Assembly (NCBI GenBank): GCA_024998755.1
Contig: JACEUU010000003.1
Coordinates: 1,291,331 to 1,355,330, forward strand
Length of the DNA stretch: 64,000 nucleotides
Direction: 5' to 3'
DNA from: Vampirovibrio sp.
Lineage (GTDB): Bacteria > Cyanobacteriota > Vampirovibrionia > Vampirovibrionales > JAJTHC01
Shown here: piece by piece, positions 9,698-20,051 of the stretch
Position numbering within the stretch: position 1 is the first letter of the stretch
How the letters are laid out: every line of letters starts with the position of its first letter
The notes under the pieces: generated by a model
Database searches by the model: none
What the model was told of the DNA's origin: nothing
Seen by the model: the letters and a program-made list of their open reading frames with translations, nothing else
Made by a program: the position numbers and the translations under genes

Positions 9698-10249
9698 CTA
9701 AAACAGCTGGAAAAAATCCCGCATATCGCCTTCTTTAAACCAACCCATTAATGCATAAAACCGCACCATGGTGGGGGTAGAACGCCCTTGGTTCCAATAC
9801 AACAACTGGTTGTAGGGGAAGCCCGTTAAATCTGAAAATTCTCGTAAATTCATTTTGTAATATTTCTCAATCCATTCGGTTAACCGCAACCGTAACTTAC
9901 CCGAAGGCCCTAATACAGTTCGGGTATCGGTAGGCAGGCCCAATTGGCTTTGCTTTGATGGACGCCCCCGCTTTAAGTTGCTTGCTTGCAGCCACCACGC
10001 ATCTAACTGTTCTTGTTCTTGCCGTGTAAATACCCACGAAAGCCCAATATTACTGGTATCGGGTAATTTTATATCAGAATCAGGGTGTAACACGCTTAAT
10101 GGCGAATCGGTCTCTTTTTTGGTAACTGACTCTTTTTGGGCTTCTGAAGAAGTATCAGAAATGGTCAGGTTTTCTACCTTTGCCGAAGGGTCTTCTATGC
10201 CTTCAGCGGAAAATGGATTTGAAGAATATAACGGGTCGATGCCCCACAT
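9698..10249 (-). CDS. Hypothetical protein, possible DNA-binding C-terminus
   Basis: 183-aa ORF, acidic/Ser-rich N-terminus and helix-turn-helix-like C-terminus. Divergent from the sigma factor gene. Confidence 0.4.
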   Translation of the reverse strand: MWGIDPLYSSNPFSAEGIEDPSAKVENLTISDTSSEAQKESVTKKETDSPLSVLHPDSDIKLPDTSNIGLSWVFTRQEQEQLDAWWLQASNLKRGRPSKQSQLGLPTDTRTVLGPSGKLRLRLTEWIEKYYKMNLREFSDLTGFPYNQLLYWNQGRSTPTMVRFYALMGWFKEGDMRDFFQLF

Positions 10250-10557
10250 GGTTTTATCTTTCCTACAACAATTGCAATTTACGACTAATAAAAAAACCGA
10301 CTACCAACAGATAGTTCAGTTGATTGGGTGTGATAAAAACAACATATTGTAACTATTTCGTTATAATTCGTTGTTTTTAATTAGCAAAATGTCATTGTAA
10401 CCCCTTGCCCCCTTCATTCGGATGGTTTGAAAAACGGATGATGGCTCGCCTTGCTATAATCAATTCCATCTTCCAACACAGATGCTCTCAGTAACTTTTC
10501 AAGTCAAATTTATAGATAGTATTCATTTAATCCAATTTAGAAAGTGGACAGCCCCCC

Positions 10558-11655
10558 ATGCAGACGCCCGCCTCCTCCCTTTATTACAAATCGTCTAATG
10601 CCAACAATAGTAAAAATACCAGTGGTAGTAGAACCGCTTCGTTTGACGAATTATTTGATGATGAAGCTGGTAGTAACCCTTTTGCTGTAGCCAATAGCAC
10701 TTTAAGTACCAGTGCTTCGCCTGATGCTGAAGTTATTCGCTTTGAAGAGGAAGAACCTGCGGAAGACATGGTGGCTTTGGCGGAATTTATTCCGGCAGAA
10801 GAAAGCAATGCGGATGATTCGGTTAAAATTTACTTGCAACAAATTGGACGCATTAAATTATTGGTACTAAACGAAGAATTAGAATTAGCTAAACGCATTG
10901 CGGATGGCGACAACCAAGCCAAGCATCAGTTGGTTCGTGCCAACTTGCGGTTGGTGGTTTCTATTGCCAAAAAATACATTGGCAGAGGGCTTTCTTTTTT
11001 AGATTTAATTCAAGAAGGCAATTTGGGGTTGATTCGGGCGGCTGAAAAATTTGATTACCGCCGTGGCTTTAAATTTTCAACTTATGCCACTTGGTGGATT
11101 CAACAATCGATTATTCGGGGTGTTTCTGAAAAATCTCGAACCATTCGGTTGCCTATTCACATGATTGAAATGCTGAGCAAGGTGAAGCGGGCTACTCGGG
11201 AATTGACTACGCAGCTTCATCGTCCGCCAACCAAGGAAGAAATTGCTGAACGGATGGAAATTCCTGTTGAAAAGCTGCGATCTGTTTTACGGGCAACGCA
11301 AACGACGCTTAGCTTGGAAACCCCGTTGAATACTCGGGATGAACGGTCGTCGTTGTCTGATTTTATTGTGGATGAAACGTTGGAAGCCCCTGAAGTTCGG
11401 GTTCAGAATGAATCTCTCACGCAGGATGTGTTTCATATTCTGCTCATGTTACGCCCTCGGGAACGGGACGTGTTGAAGCTTCGGTTTGGCTTGGCAGATG
11501 GTAACAGGCGTACGTTGGAAGAAATTGGTCAGTTGTTTGGGGTTTCTCGGGAACGGGTACGCCAAATTGAAACCAGAGCCATTAATAAGCTACGTCGCTT
11601 ATGTAGAAGTAGTAAAGGGGCGTATAATTTACGCAACTATCTTCAAGCCAACTAA
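10558..11655 (+). CDS. RNA polymerase sigma-70 family factor (RpoD/RpoS-like)
   Basis: Region 2 ([26 protein letters not shown]-like), region 3, and region 4 HTH ([20 protein letters not shown]). Confidence 0.85.
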   Translation: MQTPASSLYYKSSNANNSKNTSGSRTASFDELFDDEAGSNPFAVANSTLSTSASPDAEVIRFEEEEPAEDMVALAEFIPAEESNADDSVKIYLQQIGRIKLLVLNEELELAKRIADGDNQAKHQLVRANLRLVVSIAKKYIGRGLSFLDLIQEGNLGLIRAAEKFDYRRGFKFSTYATWWIQQSIIRGVSEKSRTIRLPIHMIEMLSKVKRATRELTTQLHRPPTKEEIAERMEIPVEKLRSVLRATQTTLSLETPLNTRDERSSLSDFIVDETLEAPEVRVQNESLTQDVFHILLMLRPRERDVLKLRFGLADGNRRTLEEIGQLFGVSRERVRQIETRAINKLRRLCRSSKGAYNLRNYLQAN

Positions 11656-11732
11656 TATAGAGTGTTTTGAATGATTATTGACCCCTACATAGAAAAAAAA
11701 GACGGTAAATTTTTTTCAAATAGTATAACGAA

Positions 11733-12083
11733 CTATTTTTGATTAGTTGTTACAGAAGCCTGAGCCACAACCACAGTGGTTTGGGCTTTTGCTTTAGCCA
11801 TTAAGGCAACAGGTTCTTTGTTATAATCATGGACGGAAACGGTTTCAAGTGAAAGAAAGCCTAATGCCAGCAGAAGTGTTGCTATAATGCAAAATTCTGG
11901 GGCAAACCACTTTGTAGCAACAAGGGTTTTAGAAAGCGTATTTAATTGAGTAGTACAAAAAGATTGAAACGACATAATAAGCGTGAAGGGCCTTATAACC
12001 AGCGAATAGAGATAAAAAAAGAAGTACAGGGACTTTCTTACTAAGTAGATAAAAACAGAAAAATTAGGTTTGATGCACCCCAA
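11733..12083 (-). CDS. Questionable small hydrophobic ORF
   Basis: Hydrophobic 116-aa ORF in an AT-rich intergenic region. Weak. Confidence 0.2.
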   Translation of the reverse strand: MGCIKPNFSVFIYLVRKSLYFFFYLYSLVIRPFTLIMSFQSFCTTQLNTLSKTLVATKWFAPEFCIIATLLLALGFLSLETVSVHDYNKEPVALMAKAKAQTTVVVAQASVTTNQK

Positions 12084-12204
12084 ACATCCTCTATTTGAAT
12101 CTATGATTATTGTTGCTTACACACTCTCTAAAGGCAATCCTCCAGTTTGAAATTGTAACAATTTATACATAATTGAATATTTCAATTCTAATATCACTTT
12201 TCAG

Positions 12205-12385
12205 ATTAAATAGCGTATCGAATGTAGTGGCGTGATTAACTAGCCCTAGCGGTCTATGCGATGCATCAGTCCGCCCCACAATCCCCAAACGGATGCGTTG
12301 CCCTGCATAGACCGCTAGGGCTAGTTAATCGCACCCCTACACAGAAAAAATTTACACTATTCAATCTTTAAAATGCTATATTACT
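12205..12385 (-). repeat. Family A palindromic element (inverted orientation, internally duplicated)
   Basis: TAGCCCTAGCGGTCTATGC ... GCATAGACCGCTAGGGCTA around GTCCGCCCC. Flanked by TTAAATAGCGT and ACTATTCAATCTTTAAA motifs. Confidence 0.65.
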
Positions 12386-12464
12386 TTGATTCTTGGTTTT
12401 GGTTGTTGGATGATAGACATAGTTGTTTATTGCCTGTTCATCTTGCTAGAAAATCTTCATCCCC

Positions 12465-13460
12465 ATGACGCATACCTTTAAAACCACTTTTGTCAAACCT
12501 AAGCAAAGCCAAGTGCATCAGCAATTATTGGGCTTTGCTAGCCAGTATGCTTGGCAAACTTTGACTGAACAATATTGTTTATATCGGGTTGATGGACAAG
12601 CTCCGCACCAACAGGGCTGGATTCGTGTTAAGCAGTACACCAAGGGGACGTTTTGGGTACAGGCTCAAACGGCGGAAGGCTTGGCTCATTTATTGAAAAA
12701 CCTTGGGTTGGCAGTGCCTGCAGACCAAGAATTATCAACTGCTTCACTTCCTTCTAATGCGTTGCCTTCTGTGAATGCTTCGCCTAATTTTCCTTATATG
12801 GGGTGTGATGAAAGTGGTAAGGGCGATTATTTTGGCCCTTTGGTTACGGCGGGTGTGCTGATTGAAACTGCTCAGCAAGGGGCAGCCTTGAAAGCCTTGG
12901 GCGTGGCGGATTCTAAAACCTTGAACGATGCGAAAATTGAGGCGTTGGCTCATGAAATTTTAGGCATTGTGGGGCAGCAGGCGGTGGGGTTTGTGGTGTT
13001 AATGCCGGAAGCTTATAACAGCACCTACACGCAGTATCAGCAACAAAAAAAGAATTTAAATCATTTGCTAGCCAAAATGCACGCTCGGTGTGTGGCGGGT
13101 GTGTTGGCTAAACGAGCTGAACCCACTGCTGGTGTACCCTTAACCGTGATTGTTGACCAATTCGGTAATGAGCGGTACTTGAAAGATAGTTTTGCCCAGC
13201 AAAACATTACCACTGCAGCTGTTACGTTAATTCAGCAAACCAAGGCGGAACGGCACTTGGCGGTAGCGGCGGCTTCTATTGTGGCACGGTATAAATTTGT
13301 GGCGTTAATGCGAGAACTGTCTACCCAGTGGGGGGTACACATTCCGTTTGGGGCGAACCCCATTGTGTTGAAGGTGGCGAAGGGGTTGGTTGCTACGCAT
13401 GGCAGAGACGTTTTGGGTAAGGTGGCGAAGCTTCATTTTAAAACCACCCTTCAGGTATAG
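12465..13460 (+). CDS. rnhC: Ribonuclease HIII
   Basis: Active-site motif GCDESGKGDYFGPLVTAGV and an N-terminal TBP-like domain, typical of RNase HIII. Confidence 0.8.
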   Translation: MTHTFKTTFVKPKQSQVHQQLLGFASQYAWQTLTEQYCLYRVDGQAPHQQGWIRVKQYTKGTFWVQAQTAEGLAHLLKNLGLAVPADQELSTASLPSNALPSVNASPNFPYMGCDESGKGDYFGPLVTAGVLIETAQQGAALKALGVADSKTLNDAKIEALAHEILGIVGQQAVGFVVLMPEAYNSTYTQYQQQKKNLNHLLAKMHARCVAGVLAKRAEPTAGVPLTVIVDQFGNERYLKDSFAQQNITTAAVTLIQQTKAERHLAVAAASIVARYKFVALMRELSTQWGVHIPFGANPIVLKVAKGLVATHGRDVLGKVAKLHFKTTLQV

Positions 13461-13464
13461 TATT

Positions 13465-14622
13465 GAAGTTACGGAAAAAGGGCAAGGTAAAATAGAAGGG
13501 ACATTATTCCACCTCTCATAGGATACCCCACCCCCATGACTACCTTTGCCGACATCCAAATTCAACAAGCCACACCGACTCACAAATTCCTAGAGGAAAT
13601 GAACCAAACCCTACCATGGCAACTATTTGAAACCATCCTCAAAACACACATCCACCACAAACCCAACGGCAGACCACCCTACAAACGCCTACTACTGCTC
13701 AAAATGAACCTCCTCAAAATATGGTTCAATCTCTCCTATGAACAAACCGAATTTCAATGCCACGACAGACTCTCCTTCCGAAAGTTTCTCGGCTTCTCCT
13801 TAGAATCCCCCATCCCTGAAGCCACGACACTCGAAAACTTCCAACACGAACTGCAAAACACCCCAGCCCAAGAAGCCCTTTTCTTAGCCTTAGACACCTT
13901 CTTCCAAGAGAACAACCTCATTCTTAAAGAAGGCAACTTGGTAGATGCCGCCTTTATTAAAGCCAATAGCAAACAGAGAAAAAAGCCTGAAGACCAGAGC
14001 GACCCTGATGCCACTTATGGCTACAAAGGCTTTGGTTACAGTGCCACGGTTAATGTAGATGCTAAAAGCAAGTTGATTCGCAAGGTGGTTGTTACTGGTG
14101 CCAATGTGCATGACAGTCAGAGTTTACTGCCTGTACTGGTGGGCTATGAGCAGACTGTTGGTGCGGATAGTGGGTATGTGGTTAAGGAGAAGGATTTGAA
14201 GGCGTTGGGGATACAGCCGAGGATTATTAAGCGTCGTGTTCGGGGTAAGCAGCATGAACCAACGCCTGAGTTGACGGCTTCGCAGAAGCGGTTTAATGGG
14301 TTGGTTTCTAAGGTTCGGGCTAGGGTGGAGCATGTGTTTGCGGGTTGGAAGACGGTGTTTAAGAAGGTTCGTGTGTCTTGTCGTGGGTTAGTGCGTGTTT
14401 CTGCGGAGATTTTGGGCTTGGCATTTGGGTATAATTGTCGTCGGTATGGTTTTTTGGTGAGGAGGGGGGTAGGTTTTAGTGGATTCTTGTATGGTTTTTA
14501 GGTAATTATGATCCGAAAAGAGTGGAAACAAGGGGTATTGTTCTGTTTTTTGAGCATTTTTGGTTGAATTTTATTAAAAAACACTCACTACTCCCACCTG
14601 CACACCCTTATTCCGTAACTTC
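13465..14622 (+). mobile_element. IS5/IS4-superfamily insertion sequence, copy 1 (1158 bp), 17-bp terminal IRs GAAGTTACGGAAAAAGG, 4-bp TSD TATT
   Basis: Ends defined by alignment with copies at 25586-26710 and 49327-50485. TATT is duplicated at 13461-13464 and 14623-14626. Inserted 4 bp after the rnhC stop. Confidence 0.85.
13536..14501 (+). CDS. IS5-family DDE transposase (321 aa)
   Basis: Conserved transposase of three near-identical IS copies. Intact full-length ORF. Confidence 0.85.
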   Translation: MTTFADIQIQQATPTHKFLEEMNQTLPWQLFETILKTHIHHKPNGRPPYKRLLLLKMNLLKIWFNLSYEQTEFQCHDRLSFRKFLGFSLESPIPEATTLENFQHELQNTPAQEALFLALDTFFQENNLILKEGNLVDAAFIKANSKQRKKPEDQSDPDATYGYKGFGYSATVNVDAKSKLIRKVVVTGANVHDSQSLLPVLVGYEQTVGADSGYVVKEKDLKALGIQPRIIKRRVRGKQHEPTPELTASQKRFNGLVSKVRARVEHVFAGWKTVFKKVRVSCRGLVRVSAEILGLAFGYNCRRYGFLVRRGVGFSGFLYGF

Positions 14623-14699
14623 TATTATAAATAATTTTTGACTTCTTTTTTTGAGACATTTAACTAATTAGTTATTATAATATCCTTAAGTCTATTAAG

Positions 14700-15380
14700 G
14701 AGTGTTTAAAATGCAGTGTCCAAAATGTGGTAGTTTAGATAAAGTTAAAGCAGGGTTCATTGGAGAAAAGTAACGGTATCAATGCAAAAACTGTGCCTGT
14801 AAATATACACGTTCAACCCCGAAAGGGCTTGCACCCATCACATGGACGCTAGCCAACCCAGCTATACGCTTCAGGGCTTTCCCTTCGAAAAACTGGTAAT
14901 TTAATTGGGGTTTCAACGCCTGCTGTACTCAAACAAATTCGTAAAATAGACACCACTGCTTGTCGGTTAGAGCCACAGAAAACCACTGTTGTTGAGCTCG
15001 ATGAACTCTGCACGTTTCTTACCGAAAAAAACGCAAAATCTGGGTATGGGTGGCTGTTTGTCGAGAAACAAGGCGAATCTTGGACTGGGAAGTGGGTTGT
15101 CGTGGCATTAAAACCTTGAAAAAATTATGGAAACGGCTTCAGTTATTCAAGGTTGAAGTTTATTGTGCTGACCATTGGAAAGCCTACAATGCCGTGTTGC
15201 TAGTGGAAAATTGGTTCAAAGCAAGGCTGAAACGTATACAGCAGAACAGACTTGGAGCGATTTGCGACATTGGTTTGCTCGGTTTAAACGACGAGGTAAA
15301 GTCGTCTCTCGGTGTTTGGGTGATTTGATTCATGCCATAGCCATTTACTTTCACCGAGTTAATTTAAGATATAGCTAATT
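14700..15380 (+). pseudogene. Degraded IS1-family element (insA/insB remnants)
   Basis: InsA zinc finger MQCPKCGSLDKVKAGFIGEK*RYQCKNCACKYT with in-frame TAA. InsA HTH GVSTPAVLKQIRK is in another frame. InsB fragment VCRETRRILDWEVG...ADHWKAYNAVL also present, with frameshifts. Confidence 0.7.
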
Positions 15381-17297
15381 GGTTAAAACCCTCGAACCAT
15401 TTTTAGAAAATGATATAGGTGTTGTAGATAATTCATTATTTTCTTCGCCAGCAACCGTTAAAGAAGTATCTTCCTGAGCAGTAGGCTTAATAACTTTTCC
15501 TTTTTTAGGGAAATTCACTGGGTCTGCTTCCATTCTAGCAAAATACTGAGCCGCCCGAATCGCTTTCAAACGGTCAATATTATCAGAAAAATTTCTGGCA
15601 ACATAAAGTACTTTATTGTCATCTGTTTTTTTGTCTTTGTCGTAAGGCCGAATGTAATAATCAATAACGGTTCTTTTTTCGCTATCGGTTTTAATCATAC
15701 TGGTATCAATATTGGTTTTGGGCTTCTTGCGGTTTTTATCATAAAATACCAGTTCAGGGTCTACTTGGGCAATACCAGTAGTAATAACCGAACCCGTTCC
15801 TGCCTTTTGTCTGTCATAAAAACGAACAAAATAATTACCATCTCGCTCTAATAAAACACCTGGCATCCCTCTAAAATTGATAATAGCGGTTTCCTTTTTA
15901 GAGTTTTTTACAACATCGTAGTTCCCATTTACCATAACATCAAAAGGCTTGCCATCCGCCAGTTTTATTTTGGCTACAGACCTACCACTAAAGTCCCTAA
16001 CGGTATTAATGGGAATGGGTTTAATTTCTTTCAAAGCCGTTTCTCTATTAGCATCAGAAGCACCCTCGATTTCCTTAGATACGTCTGCTGGAGCATTAAG
16101 TACTTTGCCATCCTTATCTATCAGAATAGGACCAATACCCGATTCCGTGTTTAAAATGGAGCTCTTGGTTACTTTTGGCTTGCCACTAACATTGTAAATT
16201 GCTTCAATATTATCTGTAAACGTTGCATTACCTAATAATGTGTCAAACGCATCTAAGGTTAACCCTTTTGAACTACCATCTTTAGCTTTAAGGGTCGCTA
16301 ATTCTTTTTGTATTAACAATGCTGCTGGTAGTAAGCTTTTCTTTGTGGCATCTTCGCTACCAAACGCTTTTTTAAATTTTTCTTTATCAAAGGTATATCT
16401 TACCTTGCCTCTGCTAGTACTAGTAGGCAGAGGAGCATCACCTGTTGTTTCATCTAATACACCATCAAGGTCATCAATACCCGCCGCTTTGGCTTTAGTA
16501 CGTGTTTCATCTAATTGGTTTCTTAATGCTAATAGCCGTCCAGCTTTAGTGTTTTTATCCGCATCAACCCCTAAGCCTGTTTCACCTGAAGCCACTTTGA
16601 ACTCAGGGTCAAACTTTTCGTTTAATTTAATGTTTTCTAAAGCGGCTTCCGCTGTTTTGCCTTCTGTAAATTCAATAATGCCTTTTTTCTTAGCTTCTTT
16701 TAACGCTTCAATATAAACCTTTTTTTGTTCTGCATAATTCTTCAAAACTTGGGTTTCTGTTATATCACCAGTACTCAAATTTTGAGGAATTGCGGAATCA
16801 TTTTCAATTTTTTTGTATTCTTGCATTTTAGCTAAAAATTCCCCAGCCAATTTCTTTTTAGTATCAGCAGAAATATCTTTAGCATCAATCAGCTTATCAA
16901 CACCGCCTACGCTTTTGGCAACTTTTGCGTAGTTTTGAGTAACAGCAGGAGCACCGTCATCATTATTAGGCGTATTGGCTTGCTCCTTAATTCCTGCTTC
17001 TGTCTCCAACGTTTTCGCTGAAACATCGCCGGTTCTCTGCATTTCCTTCATCATTTCTTCCAAAATATCATATTGTTGCTTCTTCTGCTCGATAACCTTC
17101 AATTTAGTAGCAGCGTATCTGTATGCATTTTCAGTATTGGAATTTTTGTCAACAGTATTTTGCAAGGCTGGTTTATCTGCCAAAATAGCATCAGCAATTT
17201 TAACATTTTTATATTGCGTTAAACTGTTTAGTAAGCCCGTTTTAACGGATTCTAAAGTCATCATCATCATGATGGAAGGGTTCCTTTTGCATGGCAA
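15375..17297 (-). CDS. Lys-rich hypothetical protein (640 aa), compositionally atypical
   Basis: Long intact ORF, Lys/Asp/Glu-rich and AT-rich relative to neighbours. No recognised domain. Flanked by IS1 remnant and a family D repeat. Confidence 0.5.
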   Translation of the reverse strand: MPCKRNPSIMMMMTLESVKTGLLNSLTQYKNVKIADAILADKPALQNTVDKNSNTENAYRYAATKLKVIEQKKQQYDILEEMMKEMQRTGDVSAKTLETEAGIKEQANTPNNDDGAPAVTQNYAKVAKSVGGVDKLIDAKDISADTKKKLAGEFLAKMQEYKKIENDSAIPQNLSTGDITETQVLKNYAEQKKVYIEALKEAKKKGIIEFTEGKTAEAALENIKLNEKFDPEFKVASGETGLGVDADKNTKAGRLLALRNQLDETRTKAKAAGIDDLDGVLDETTGDAPLPTSTSRGKVRYTFDKEKFKKAFGSEDATKKSLLPAALLIQKELATLKAKDGSSKGLTLDAFDTLLGNATFTDNIEAIYNVSGKPKVTKSSILNTESGIGPILIDKDGKVLNAPADVSKEIEGASDANRETALKEIKPIPINTVRDFSGRSVAKIKLADGKPFDVMVNGNYDVVKNSKKETAIINFRGMPGVLLERDGNYFVRFYDRQKAGTGSVITTGIAQVDPELVFYDKNRKKPKTNIDTSMIKTDSEKRTVIDYYIRPYDKDKKTDDNKVLYVARNFSDNIDRLKAIRAAQYFARMEADPVNFPKKGKVIKPTAQEDTSLTVAGEENNELSTTPISFSKNGSRVLTN

Positions 17298-17470
17298 GTA
17301 AAGGGTGGGTATAAAATTATGAAAAGCTGTTTGTGTGTGTTCATCCTAATTGAAAGAAAAAAGAAAAGTCTGTTGGTTTAGCGGGGTAAAGCCTAGCTAT
17401 TTTAAAACGGCTCTACAAATGGATAAAAACAATCTTCAACGGTTTTTGTGCTAGTTGTAACAAAAAACAC

Positions 17471-17550
17471 CTGTCATGCTGAGCTTGTCGAAGCATCCCC
17501 CTAGCCAGATAAGGAGATTCCTCGACTACGCTCGGAATGACACGCATTGT
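17471..17550 (+). repeat. MITE-like 80-bp element (family D), copy 2
   Basis: Matches 5488-5570. Overlaps the annotated 5' extension of purL. Confidence 0.6.
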
Positions 17551-17605
17551 TTATGATAAAATTTTACTAACTTACTTTACCGTTACTACAGGACACACCA
17601 CCATC

Positions 17606-19945
17606 ATGATGACCGCATCCGCCACCCTTGAAACCATCGATACCGCAACACAACACCAGCTAAAAGCACTCAACCTACGCCCCAGCGAATACCAGCTGAC
17701 TGTAGAAACACTCCACCGCCAACCCAACTTCACCGAACTGGTCATGTTTTCCGCCCTCTGGAGCGAACACTGTAGCTACAAACACAGCAAACACCTGCTA
17801 CGTACCCTGCCCACAACCGGCGAATTCGTCGTACAAGGACCTGGCGAAAATGCAGGCATTATAGATGCTGGCAACGGCATCCACGTTGCTTTCAAAGTAG
17901 AAAGTCATAATCATCCCACCTACGTTGAACCATTCCAAGGTGCTACAACCGGTGTTGGCGGTATTCTTCGAGATATTATTACGTTGAACGCTCGCCCTGT
18001 TGCATTGTTGAATGCTTTACGCTTTGGCACGCAACAAACGGAAAACCCTCTCAATCCATCAGAAAACGCCTGCACCCCTGCTGAACTCAAGGGTAATAGG
18101 TATCGCTTTAAACGGGCGGTTCAAGGCATTGCCCATTATGGCAACTGCATGGGCGTACCCACTGTGGCGGGCGATGTTCATTTTCACCCATGCTATACGG
18201 GCAATCCGCTCGTCAATGCCATGGCAATTGGCATTATGCAACCTAGCGGGCTAATGCTTTCAGGCGTGAAAGGCGTTGGCAACCCCGTGGTTTACGTCGG
18301 TTCACCCACAGGCAAAGATGGCATTGGCGGAGCATCTTTCGCTTCAAGAGCGTTAGATAAAGAGCCTTCGGAAGCTGACCGCCCAGCCGTGCAAGTAGGC
18401 GACCCGTTCGCTGAAAAATGCGTGATGGAAGCCTGTTTGGAAGCCTTCGCTTCGGGCTTGGTGGTTTCCGCACAAGATATGGGAGCAGCAGGGCTAACCT
18501 GTGCCACGGCGGAAATGGCTGCCAAAGGCGGGCTAGGCATGGAAATTGAGCTCGATTTAGTACCCGCCCGTGAACCCAATATGTTGGCGTGGGAATATTT
18601 GGCTTCGGAATCTCAAGAGCGGATGTTGTTTATTCTGGAAAAGGGCAAAGAAGCTCCCGTTTTAGAAATTTTCAAAAAGTGGCAAGTGCCTGCCGTTACT
18701 ATTGGTACAGTGATTGAGGGCGAACGGCTAATTGTTAAACACCATGGTGAAGTGGTGGTTGATTTACCTACCCGCTTTTTGACTGAAGACGCTCCTATGT
18801 ATCCGCCAGAGGCTCCTTCGGAAGAATCCGCCGAAGCGAAAACTCGCAGGTTAACGCCTGCTACCCAAGGCATTGAAGATTTATCTGCTGAGCAAGTGCT
18901 TCCCACCTTACAAGCCCTGTTAGCATCGGATAATTTACGCAGTAAAGCCACCGTTTTTTCTCAGTACGACCGTCACGTTCAAAATGCCACTCTGCTTTGT
19001 TCTAATAATCAATCAGCAGGATTAATTCGATTAAAAACGCCTGTTACCAACCAACCAACAGGCACTGCCTTAGCTACGGCATTGGAAGGCAACCCCTTCT
19101 ACACCTACCTAAACCCCTATGAAGGTGGAAAAGCAATCGTTGCCCAAGCGGCTAGAAATGTGGCTTGCGTAGGAGCAAAACCGCTGGCATCTACCAATAA
19201 CTTGAACTTTGGCAATCCAGAAACCAGCACTGTTGCTTACCAAATGGAACAATCCGTTCGTGGGTTGGGCGATGCGTGCTTGGCGTTCAATACCCCTGTA
19301 ACAGGCGGAAACGTGAGCCTTTACAACACCAACGGCACGGAAGCCATTTTACCTTCGCCTACCTTGGGGATGGTCGGTATTTTGGCAGATGAAACGAAAA
19401 CGTGTACCCCTCACTTCAAACAAGCAGGGCATAAAATTGCGTTAGTGGGTAAGTTTTCGCCGAGTTTAGGCGGTAGCCAATATCAGTGGATGAAAACCAA
19501 CACCTTGCTTGGCGAACCTCCCACGGTGGATTTAGAAGCCGAAAATGCCATGCTGCAGTTGCTAACCCAACAGTGGATTCCGCAAGGATTGTTGGCTAGC
19601 GTGCAAGATTTAGCAGGCGGTGGCTTATTACCCACTTTGGCCAAATGCACGTTTAACAACAACAATGCGAATCAAACCACGGTGGGTGTACAGGTAGATT
19701 TTTCTGCATTGCAGGCGGTAGTTGGTAGATTAGACGAAACACTCTTTGGGGAAAGCCATGCTAGCTACCTTATTAGTTACGCTACTGAAAACGAGGATGC
19801 CATTAAAGCCAATTTATCGGCTACGAATGAATGCTTGCAGTTTTATAGCCTAGGCGAAATAACATCGAACACAACCATTAATTTCGTGGTGAGGAACACT
19901 CGTCTTGAAACCAAGGTTGAAGTATTACAATCGGCTTGGGCTTAA
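17606..19945 (+). CDS. purL: Phosphoribosylformylglycinamidine synthase subunit PurL (small type)
   Basis: Conserved block NFTELVMFSALWSEHCSYKHSK and PurL AIR-synthase-like domains. Start set at MMTAS because the longer ORF start at 17537 lies within a dispersed repeat. Confidence 0.9.
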   Translation: MMTASATLETIDTATQHQLKALNLRPSEYQLTVETLHRQPNFTELVMFSALWSEHCSYKHSKHLLRTLPTTGEFVVQGPGENAGIIDAGNGIHVAFKVESHNHPTYVEPFQGATTGVGGILRDIITLNARPVALLNALRFGTQQTENPLNPSENACTPAELKGNRYRFKRAVQGIAHYGNCMGVPTVAGDVHFHPCYTGNPLVNAMAIGIMQPSGLMLSGVKGVGNPVVYVGSPTGKDGIGGASFASRALDKEPSEADRPAVQVGDPFAEKCVMEACLEAFASGLVVSAQDMGAAGLTCATAEMAAKGGLGMEIELDLVPAREPNMLAWEYLASESQERMLFILEKGKEAPVLEIFKKWQVPAVTIGTVIEGERLIVKHHGEVVVDLPTRFLTEDAPMYPPEAPSEESAEAKTRRLTPATQGIEDLSAEQVLPTLQALLASDNLRSKATVFSQYDRHVQNATLLCSNNQSAGLIRLKTPVTNQPTGTALATALEGNPFYTYLNPYEGGKAIVAQAARNVACVGAKPLASTNNLNFGNPETSTVAYQMEQSVRGLGDACLAFNTPVTGGNVSLYNTNGTEAILPSPTLGMVGILADETKTCTPHFKQAGHKIALVGKFSPSLGGSQYQWMKTNTLLGEPPTVDLEAENAMLQLLTQQWIPQGLLASVQDLAGGGLLPTLAKCTFNNNNANQTTVGVQVDFSALQAVVGRLDETLFGESHASYLISYATENEDAIKANLSATNECLQFYSLGEITSNTTINFVVRNTRLETKVEVLQSAWA

Positions 19946-20051
19946 TCTTAATATTTCTTTCACTCTAAAAACTGACATAAAGTGCTACTATTATCGCAGG
20001 ACAAACGTTCAATAGTCGTTCTAATCTTGATAAAGAGAAGGATTGTGGACA

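Noticed and set aside
17537-17605. N-terminal 23-codon extension of purL in the ORF track
   Set aside because: It lies inside the family D dispersed repeat. The conserved PurL sequence starts at MMTAS.
18012-18951. Several 60-112-aa ORFs on both strands inside purL (also inside copA, the methyltransferase, the helicase and the adhesin gene)
   Set aside because: They are embedded in and antisense or out-of-frame to strongly conserved genes. They are GC-rich frame artefacts with Arg/Ser/Ala-rich translations.
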